64,000 bases of DNA. It comes from an uncultured Candidatus Saccharibacteria bacterium. GTDB taxonomy: Bacteria > Patescibacteriota > JABMPQ01 > JAQVVF01. The notes below the pieces were generated by a model, which saw only the letters and a list, made by a program, of their open reading frames with translations, searched no databases and was not told the DNA's origin. Location of the stretch: positions 471,020-535,019 of the forward strand of contig CAZNOH010000001.1 of assembly GCA_964574655.1 (NCBI GenBank), written 5' to 3'. Numbering within the stretch: position 1 is the stretch's first letter; every line of letters begins with the position of its first letter. A program made the position numbers and the translations under genes. Positions 57,837 through 64,000 of the stretch are shown in pieces.

Positions 57837-60686
57837 CTAGCGTCTCATGATTTCAAAGTAGTGCTGGATTTCAGCGTCGGAAAGTGCCTTGTTGAAGAAG
57901 GAAAATTCGTCGATGGTCATATCGCTTTTTTGACCACCAACGTTCTGTGCACCTAAAAGCATTGCATTTCCAATAATATTTACATACGGGCCATTCCAAA
58001 TGGGCACGCCATCATTATAGACTGTGAAATTTCCGTTTTGATATTTTGCGGCAAACGCGTACAGTTGATTAGCGTTAACGTTTACCATTTGTGCAAATCG
58101 TTCCTGTGACAAATAAAATGTCCACTTAAATCCGTCATCTGTCGAAAGTATCCCGAGTCCAGGCATTCTGTTACGTGAGAAAATCATGTCTCCTGTTTCA
58201 TACGTTCGTACTTTAACAGACACGAAGTATGTGAACTCATTCGCAATGCTGTCCATACTCACACTATCAGCCACCTCGGCGTAGTCGTCAACTCCGTCGA
58301 ACGATGCAGCCTGGCCACAAACTGCATCCGCAGTGAAAGTGGCGCCGTGGTTGACAGCATTGTTGGCATTTGGCGAACCATCATTGAAGTGGTTGTCAAA
58401 CGACAGGTACATGACCAACGACCGGCAGTCTTCATCAACAGCGCCATCGCAGTCATTGTCAACCTGATCGCAGATTTCCACTCCGCAGTTGGTAACCGTA
58501 CATTCACAGCCATCAGTAGGATTAGCATTCACATCGAAGCGGAAGCGGTTGCACTGCAACACGCACTGTCCTGCTACACAACGCGAGCTAGAAGTCCCCT
58601 GATTTCCGCAAACGCGATTGCATTGGCCACAGTTCAATGGATCAACCAAGAGGTCGAAGCCATTGTCTGCAGTACCATCACAATCGTTGTCCAGGCCATC
58701 ACAGATTTCAGCAACTGATGTGATCTGATTCTGGCATTCTCCCCACTCACGGCTCTCCCAGCAGATCTGCGTTCCGATCTGGCATTCGCCGACATCGGTA
58801 CCGCAGTTGCGAGAAACACCTGGTGAGCAACAGCCAATCAGATTTTCGTCAGTTTCAGAATTGCAATTGTTATCCAGACCATCGCAGATTTCATCAGACG
58901 GTCCAGTTGCACCTTCGCACCAGCCCCAAGAGCGGTTGGCCTGGCAAGTGGAAGTTCCCTTCTCACATTCGCCAGTGTCAATTCCGCAATAGGAAAGATC
59001 ACGAGGTTCGCAACAACCTTCCAAATCTTCATCAGTCGAATCGTCGCAATCGTTGTCCAAGCCATCGCAGATTTCATCTGTCGACGGATTGGCAATTGCG
59101 TTGCAACTACTGGTCTGGTCATTAACACATGCAATCACGCCTTCGGCATAACATTCGCCAACGCCGTTAGAGCAAAAATTGCGAGTGTTAAAACCTTCAT
59201 CAGTGTTGTGATCGCAATTGTTATCAAGGCTATCGCAGATTTCGTTGCTCGACTGAACCTCGCCTTCACAGGCAAGCCAGACGCCAGCGAAACAAGACTG
59301 CACGCCCTTCTGACACTCACCGACATCATTGCCACATTCCTGCGTCAATGCTTCGTCGGTTGCGCCATCGCAATCATTGTCCTTGTTGTCGCAAAGCTCG
59401 TCGTGAGACAGGCCAGCAACAGCATTGCAGAACGTTGACTGCTGATCAATGCCACATACCAACTGACCAAGCGACAAGCACGCGCCTACGCCGATCTGGC
59501 ACTCTGCGCCAAGATTGACATAAGCTTCATCAGTGTTGCCGTCGCAGTTGTTATCTTTGGCATCGCATAGTTCAGCCGTGGGCTTCACTTCGTCAGTGCA
59601 TTCACTCCACACACCATCTTGCGAGCAAGTCTTGCGACCCTTTTGGCATTCGCCAACATTGGAGCCACATACGACCTGATCATTTGCATTGCAACATCCA
59701 ACCAAATCCTCATCAGTTGCGCCATCGCAGTCATTGTCCTGCTGGTCGCAAGCTTCTTCGGTTGGCTGAATGGTCTGTGCATTGCAAGTTGCTGAAAGCT
59801 TGTCATCACTGCAAACATAAACACCGCGCGAAATACAGAGACCTTGACCGATCTGGCAGGCACTTTCAAGGTTTACGAAATCCTCGTCAGTGTTACCGTC
59901 ACAGTCATTGTCCAACAAGTCGCAAAGATCTGCAGATGGGTCAACAGCATTTTCACACTGGCCCCAACTACCGTCTTCTTGACAAGTCATTTGACCCTTC
60001 TGGCATTCCCCGACATCATTGCCACATTCCTGAACATCGTTTTGATCGCAACAGCCAACCAATTCTTCATCGATTGTGCCATCGCAATCGTTATCCAGTT
60101 CATCACACTCTTCAGGAATTGCCTGACCAGCGACTGCATTGCAAGTCGTAGTGTTGCCGTCAGCGCTACAAACGTAGACGCCTTCTGCAAAACATTCGCC
60201 CTTGCCAACATTGCAGACCTGATTTAGGTTGTCGAAACCTTCATCAGTCTGATTGTCGCAGTCGTTGTCCTTGCCATCGCAGATTTCAGTGGACGGAATA
60301 CAAGGAATGTCAGCACCTGTATCAGGAGTCGTGTCTGGCTCACTGTCAGGCGAAACATCTTTGCCACCACCTGAGTCTACATCTGGAGTTCCAACTTCAG
60401 CATCAGCTTCGGGGCCAACTTCAGCGTCTGCTTCAGCATCAGGCCCTGCATCAAAGCAATTGGTGCATACGGCCTTGCAAACTGTGTCCTTGTCGGCGTG
60501 AAGCATTTCATCGTTGAGTTCGTTGCTTTCAACACAGATCTTTTTCTCATTCAAGCAAACACAAGTGAACTTTTCAGTACAAAGCGCATTTTCATCACAG
60601 AGATTCTTTTTGTCCATGTCGTCAAAACTCTGCAAACATCCAGAAATTGCCAACGCAAAAAACATAGCCAGCGTTCTCGTTGTCAT
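57837..60686 (-). CDS. lipoprotein with about 12 MopE-like 'CDGxDNDCDGxTDE' Cys-rich repeats and a C-terminal LamG/concanavalin-A-like domain
   Basis: Lipobox ALAISGC. Alternating repeat types (…DNDCDGxTDEgF.NL…C..G.G.C…G..VC and …DNDCDGxxDE.L.GCC…CG..VGECQKG..TC). C-terminal FDGVDDYAEV…KWTFY…NGNFTVYNDG matches the Laminin_G_3 pattern. GC about 50-53% against about 28% for the glycan locus. SD GAGGAGGAAGGAAAATG. Confidence 0.85.
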   Translation of the reverse strand: MTTRTLAMFFALAISGCLQSFDDMDKKNLCDENALCTEKFTCVCLNEKKICVESNELNDEMLHADKDTVCKAVCTNCFDAGPDAEADAEVGPEADAEVGTPDVDSGGGKDVSPDSEPDTTPDTGADIPCIPSTEICDGKDNDCDNQTDEGFDNLNQVCNVGKGECFAEGVYVCSADGNTTTCNAVAGQAIPEECDELDNDCDGTIDEELVGCCDQNDVQECGNDVGECQKGQMTCQEDGSWGQCENAVDPSADLCDLLDNDCDGNTDEDFVNLESACQIGQGLCISRGVYVCSDDKLSATCNAQTIQPTEEACDQQDNDCDGATDEDLVGCCNANDQVVCGSNVGECQKGRKTCSQDGVWSECTDEVKPTAELCDAKDNNCDGNTDEAYVNLGAECQIGVGACLSLGQLVCGIDQQSTFCNAVAGLSHDELCDNKDNDCDGATDEALTQECGNDVGECQKGVQSCFAGVWLACEGEVQSSNEICDSLDNNCDHNTDEGFNTRNFCSNGVGECYAEGVIACVNDQTSSCNAIANPSTDEICDGLDNDCDDSTDEDLEGCCEPRDLSYCGIDTGECEKGTSTCQANRSWGWCEGATGPSDEICDGLDNNCNSETDENLIGCCSPGVSRNCGTDVGECQIGTQICWESREWGECQNQITSVAEICDGLDNDCDGTADNGFDLLVDPLNCGQCNRVCGNQGTSSSRCVAGQCVLQCNRFRFDVNANPTDGCECTVTNCGVEICDQVDNDCDGAVDEDCRSLVMYLSFDNHFNDGSPNANNAVNHGATFTADAVCGQAASFDGVDDYAEVADSVSMDSIANEFTYFVSVKVRTYETGDMIFSRNRMPGLGILSTDDGFKWTFYLSQERFAQMVNVNANQLYAFAAKYQNGNFTVYNDGVPIWNGPYVNIIGNAMLLGAQNVGGQKSDMTIDEFSFFNKALSDAEIQHYFEIMRR

Positions 60687-60795
60687 TTTCCTTCCTCCTC
60701 TTGATGTAAGGTTCGGTCTGTTCAGCCGAATCCTTGGGTTTTCAGTTCAAATTATAGTAGCATATACATAAAATTTTGGCAAGAGAAAATTGTTT

Positions 60796-60824
60796 ATTAT
60801 GGCTTTTTTGACTATTTTTGTCAA
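60796..60824 (-). promoter_or_regulatory. candidate promoter (minus strand -35 TTGACA, 17-nt spacer, -10 CATAAT)
   Basis: Minus-strand reading ttgacaaaaatagtcaaaaaagccataat. Confidence 0.45.
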
Positions 60825-60833
60825 TTTTTTGCA

Positions 60834-60856
60834 TAAAAAAAAGACTCTAAGAGTCT
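60834..60856 (-). terminator. Rho-independent terminator for the minus-strand C-type lectin gene
   Basis: Minus-strand agactc-tta-gagtct followed by tttttttt. Confidence 0.65.
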
Positions 60857-60862
60857 AAATGA

Positions 60863-62146
60863 TTAAAAAAGTTCGTTCCATTCACAGAAAAAAGGACGAG
60901 TCAAGCCGCAGAAAGCATCATTCCAACCGCCATTTGGTGGCAAGTCAATGCGAATTTCTACGCAATCTTCACCGCTTGCGCCAATAGCTTGAGAGTTATT
61001 TGGTTCTCCAGAAGCCCATTCAAGGACATCTGAAATTTCGCCAGATTCCCAGACCCAGGTATTTTCTTGCGCAATATCGTTTAAACCGATCCAGGCGGAA
61101 AAATAGCCTAATTGCAAGGTGTAAAAATATCCGTCTTCAAGCAAATCATTTATTGTAGCAAGATGACTGTTAAATCTTCGGCAATATTGAACTGCTTCAA
61201 TCCAAACAAGCTCTTGGTTGCAATAAGCATAAGTATGATTTTGATATTCCATAATTTGGCAATTCATATCTAAGCATTGGCCTTCTAGACAGATGCCTTG
61301 AGGCTGGCAGGGATTATTTTCATCTGTCTCCCCATCGCAATCATTATCTAGTCCATCGCAAATTTCATCAGTTTTCAGCCATAATTTTTCTTCTGCATCA
61401 CAATTTGAAAGCAAATCACCATCGCAAGCAATCTGGCCTAGAGCTCTACAAACTCCATTTCCAATTTCACAATATTCGCCAATTAGAAAACCGTCATCAA
61501 TTTCTTCATCGCAGTCATTATCTAAGCCATCACAAATATCATGTTCTGGATTCTTGCTATTACATTCTGACCATGTGCCAAAGGCTAAACATGTTTGTCT
61601 GCCAAGTCTGCATTCACCAATATTGCTGTTTCCGCAAATTCTCGTCTCGGTTACTATGCAACAATCTTCAAGATTTTCATCAGTCTCGCCATCACAATCG
61701 TTGTCTAGGCTATCACAGACTTCATCTGTTTTTAGCCAAGACCTTTCTTCAGCATTACAAAACGAATATTCATGAGTCTCACAGAAAAAATGGCCAGTTC
61801 CCGTACAAACTCCTTTTCCATTTTCACAATGTTCGCCTACTTTGAAATTTTCATCAATCTCGCCATCACAATCGTTGTCTTGATTATCACAAATTTCTTT
61901 GACACATTCTATGTTGTTTTCTGTATCTGGTTCATCAGTTTTTTCATCGTTATCGTCCTGATTTCTTGAATCTTCTCGGATTAATACCTCTGGTTGAATT
62001 AATTTTTCACAAATTCCAGAAATACAATAATAGCCATCAACGCAGTCAAAAATTTCAGAGCATTGATTTTTTGCTTCTAATCCTGTTGAATCAAAACTGC
62101 ATCCGCATGCCAAAATCGCTAGACAAAGACATGTTGCTCGTTGCAT
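60863..62146 (-). CDS. lipoprotein with 4 MopE-like Cys-rich repeats and a C-terminal canonical C-type lectin carbohydrate-recognition domain
   Basis: Signal peptide MQRATCLCLAILACGCS. Repeats CDNQDNDCDGEIDE, CDSLDNDCDGETDE, CDGLDNDCDEEIDD, CDGLDNDCDGETDE. CTLD hallmarks YCRRFNSHLATI, WIGLND, WVWESGE, WASGEPNN, EDCVEI, GGWNDAFC, FFCE. Confidence 0.85.
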   Translation of the reverse strand: MQRATCLCLAILACGCSFDSTGLEAKNQCSEIFDCVDGYYCISGICEKLIQPEVLIREDSRNQDDNDEKTDEPDTENNIECVKEICDNQDNDCDGEIDENFKVGEHCENGKGVCTGTGHFFCETHEYSFCNAEERSWLKTDEVCDSLDNDCDGETDENLEDCCIVTETRICGNSNIGECRLGRQTCLAFGTWSECNSKNPEHDICDGLDNDCDEEIDDGFLIGEYCEIGNGVCRALGQIACDGDLLSNCDAEEKLWLKTDEICDGLDNDCDGETDENNPCQPQGICLEGQCLDMNCQIMEYQNHTYAYCNQELVWIEAVQYCRRFNSHLATINDLLEDGYFYTLQLGYFSAWIGLNDIAQENTWVWESGEISDVLEWASGEPNNSQAIGASGEDCVEIRIDLPPNGGWNDAFCGLTRPFFCEWNELF

Positions 62147-62193
62147 TTGTGTCTCCTTGTTTTGAGTGTGCAGGCATTCATTTACCGCTTTAT

Positions 62194-62222
62194 ATTATAT
62201 AACAAATTGCTAGAAATTGCAA
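62194..62222 (-). promoter_or_regulatory. candidate promoter (minus strand -35 TTGCAA, 17-nt spacer, -10 TATAAT)
   Basis: Minus-strand reading ttgcaatttctagcaatttgttatataat. SD AAGGAGACACAAATG follows. Confidence 0.45.
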
Positions 62223-62227
62223 GAGAA

Positions 62228-62253
62228 TAAAAAAAACGCCATAAATAGCGTTT
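62228..62253 (-). terminator. weak Rho-independent terminator overlapping the stop of the 62252 gene
   Basis: Minus-strand aaacgc-tatttatg-gcgttt followed by tttttt. The stem is only 6 bp. Confidence 0.4.
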
Positions 62254-63346
62254 AGAAATAAAGGTTCAATGATACGCCGCTTGGATTCGGAATAATAATC
62301 GCCTGTGGCGATTTGGGATTCTTGTGAATGATTTCGAAATGATCAAGCAAGAAAAGCGTTGCGCCAGTTGCCAAAGCGCCTCCGCCATAAATAAACATGG
62401 TGTTGGCCATGGCAGCTGAAGATTGTGATTCATCTCTGAAAGAAACAGCCTGACGCTGAATATTGGTTCCCTCATAATTGGCTCTGGAAGTATTGGCAGA
62501 AACGCCGAAATACCCACCAGTTCCAACCATTCCAGCTCCAAGACTCATCAATGCAATACCGCTCCATGCATGCCAGTCAAGGCCTTTTTTGATCTTGGGC
62601 TCTGCTGTCTTAACAACTTCAGCAACAGGCTTCAGCTCTTCTGGCCTTACCTCTTCCCCCACTTCTTCCTCGACTGGTGCAGGAGGCGGTGGGATAACTT
62701 CCAATTCTTGTGGCTGAAGACCGAGAAAGGCTTCATCAGCACGCAGACTGGGCATTCGTTCTGCCCAAATCATCGGCGTTTTCCGCAAAATTGCGACTGT
62801 TGCATCTGCAATTTCGGGCACTGTCTTGTCATAAACCTCTTCTGACGCACAAGACTTGCATACCCAAGTCATTTCAATCCTATTGTTGATGGCATCAAAA
62901 AGCGTCAGATCTATGGAAAGCCTTGCCTTGGGCTTGGTCGTTTTCGCACCCTTGACCTTCTTCTTGCCCTTAGCCTTCTGTACTGCTAGCTTACCTTTTT
63001 CCTTGACGATCGTGCCATATAGCATTCTTCCCATTTGCTTGGTAACACAAACGTTTCGGACACATCCTTCAGTGGCAAAACACTGACGGATTTCCTCATT
63101 GTTCTTGATACCAAAGATTTCTTGTCCAGCAAAATTCAATCCAAGGTTTGCCCCTGCAAATTTTGCGATCAAAAGTTCGATAACGGAATCTGAGAGATTC
63201 GGCTCCTGACTTTTGTTGCCCGGAATGACAACAATCGCAAAATCAGGATGTTCAATCTTTTTTTCTCCATCGATAGGTTCTTGAGCGTACGCAATTCTAG
63301 AAAACAAAGTAATCAAAATCAACATTGTAATGTGCGCGGTTCTCAT
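62252..63346 (-). CDS. secreted protein with Lys-rich and Pro/Glu-rich linkers and a Gly-rich hydrophobic C-terminal region ending LNLYF (hypothetical)
   Basis: SD GGAGGGAAGG sits directly before the second Met (MRTAHITMLILITLFSRIAYAQ), so the start is placed at 63346 rather than 63358. GC about 47%. Confidence 0.6.
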   Translation of the reverse strand: MRTAHITMLILITLFSRIAYAQEPIDGEKKIEHPDFAIVVIPGNKSQEPNLSDSVIELLIAKFAGANLGLNFAGQEIFGIKNNEEIRQCFATEGCVRNVCVTKQMGRMLYGTIVKEKGKLAVQKAKGKKKVKGAKTTKPKARLSIDLTLFDAINNRIEMTWVCKSCASEEVYDKTVPEIADATVAILRKTPMIWAERMPSLRADEAFLGLQPQELEVIPPPPAPVEEEVGEEVRPEELKPVAEVVKTAEPKIKKGLDWHAWSGIALMSLGAGMVGTGGYFGVSANTSRANYEGTNIQRQAVSFRDESQSSAAMANTMFIYGGGALATGATLFLLDHFEIIHKNPKSPQAIIIPNPSGVSLNLYF

Positions 63347-63502
63347 CCTTCCCTCCATTGTCCGCCAAAGCTAAGCTACGGCGGGCTGTCTTCTGTGTCG
63401 GAGCACTGTTTTGGCTTCATATTAGTGTAACAAAAGATTATCCACTTGTCAAGTTTCACTATTTGATATTTTTCCTGTATAATATAATATGTATTTTAAT
63501 AT

Positions 63503-64000
63503 ATGAAAATAAATTTAAATTCTTACGCAAAAATCGCGCAGATTGTTTCAGCTGGAATTATAATTATTCTATTGTTTTATGCTGTTTTTTCCTATTTTGG
63601 ACCATTGGGCTCAACAAAGCTTTCAATAGTTTTTAATAAGAATAAACTGCCTATTTATATTACGGATATGACTGGTCTCGAAACTCCTGAAAAAAATTTA
63701 AAGACCGGCCAAACATACAGAAGAGTTTCTGGTTTTGTAGCTCAACTGAAAATCAAGGTTTTTAAAACCTTTAAAAGCTTAAATGTTAAATTAAAATACG
63801 AAAATCAAAATACTAATTTTGTCTTAGCAGCTATTGCTCTAAAAAGTCCTTTTAAATATAGAGATGCTTATAAAAATGCAACTAAAGTTTTGGAGAATAA
63901 ACTTTTTGATAATTTAGATTGGTACAAAATAGCTGATAAAAATCAAAGCAAAATTCTATTTCAAAAAGGTGATGATATCTGTGAAAAAAAAGTTAAGGAA
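63503..64000 (+). CDS. membrane protein, N-terminal part (ORF open to the window end)
   Basis: ATG 63503. MKINLNSYAKIAQIVSAGIIIILLFYAVFSYF TM helix. 166 codons without a stop, running off the window. The track ORF at 63358..63636 is a different, shorter frame. Confidence 0.55.
   Translation, partial: MKINLNSYAKIAQIVSAGIIIILLFYAVFSYFGPLGSTKLSIVFNKNKLPIYITDMTGLETPEKNLKTGQTYRRVSGFVAQLKIKVFKTFKSLNVKLKYENQNTNFVLAAIALKSPFKYRDAYKNATKVLENKLFDNLDWYKIADKNQSKILFQKGDDICEKKVKE

Noticed and set aside
58259-60771. Swarm of 60-155-aa ORFs on both strands inside the MopE/LamG gene (e.g. 58347..58718, 59684..60151, 59844..60227, 60253..60501)
   Set aside because: They are nested within, or antisense to, a 949-aa ORF with strong repeat and domain structure. 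The local GC richness lowers stop-codon frequency and creates long spurious frames. None has a start context or a recognisable motif.
60863-62146. Diversity-generating retroelement targeting the C-type lectin gene
   Set aside because: C-type lectin folds are classic DGR targets, so I looked for a reverse transcriptase ORF and a template-repeat copy of the gene's 3' end (60863-61050) nearby. Neither was present. The domain is the canonical Ca-binding CTLD rather than the DGR-type variable CLec fold.
57797-63420. GC-rich block as an assembly chimera from another organism
   Set aside because: Cannot be excluded without reads. It is disfavoured because the block's intergenic regions are AT-rich and carry the same promoter, terminator and long-SD signals as the AT-rich genes upstream. 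The neighbouring protease shares a Cys module with the island proteins.

Overview
A 64 kb AT-rich bacterial window. It has sigma70-type TTGACA/TATAAT promoters, Shine-Dalgarno sites and Rho-independent terminators. No rRNA, tRNA, CRISPR array, transposase or integrase was found. Three compositional and functional blocks can be distinguished. (1) 1-4.4 kb, minus strand: an FG-GAP repeat protein running off the window start, an alkaline-phosphatase-superfamily enzyme, and a cysD-cysN sulfate-activation operon with a small ribbon-helix-helix-like ORF upstream. (2) About 4.5-48.5 kb: a very large (about 44 kb), very low-GC (about 25-30%) surface-glycan locus. It encodes two UDP-galactopyranose mutase paralogs (glf), GDP-mannose 4,6-dehydratase plus an Rmd-like reductase, UDP-glucuronate decarboxylase and an RmlD-like reductase. 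It also encodes about 17 GT2/GT4 glycosyltransferases, including three GtrB/ArnC-like polyprenol-phosphate sugar synthases. There are five large polytopic GT-C-like membrane proteins (one of 1201 aa), two Wzx-like flippases and an FkbM methyltransferase. A methylation cassette sits inside it: two tandem Zn-ribbon methyltransferases, a B12-binding radical SAM enzyme and another methyltransferase. No initiating polyprenyl-phosphate sugar-phosphate transferase was recognised. (3) 48.5-63.4 kb: a neighbourhood of secreted proteins and lipoproteins. It contains a subtilase with a Cys-rich C-terminal domain, tandem paralogous lipoproteins, an FN3 protein, a membrane-anchored TolB-like beta-propeller and a coiled-coil protein. 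These genes are driven by a repeated terminator-promoter-leader module with an unusually long GAGGAGGAAGG Shine-Dalgarno. This block ends in a conspicuously GC-rich (about 45-53%) three-gene minus-strand island. The island encodes lipoproteins built from MopE-like 'CDGxDNDCDG' Cys-rich repeats, one with a C-terminal LamG/ConA-like domain and one with a canonical animal-type C-type lectin carbohydrate-recognition domain (EPN and WND motifs). A paralogous pair of signal-peptide surface proteins ending in ITVY occurs once inside the glycan locus and once, expanded by KLGTGAVTxD tail-fibre-like repeats, next to the GC-rich island. Several short AT-rich repeat arrays sit in intergenic or divergent-promoter regions.
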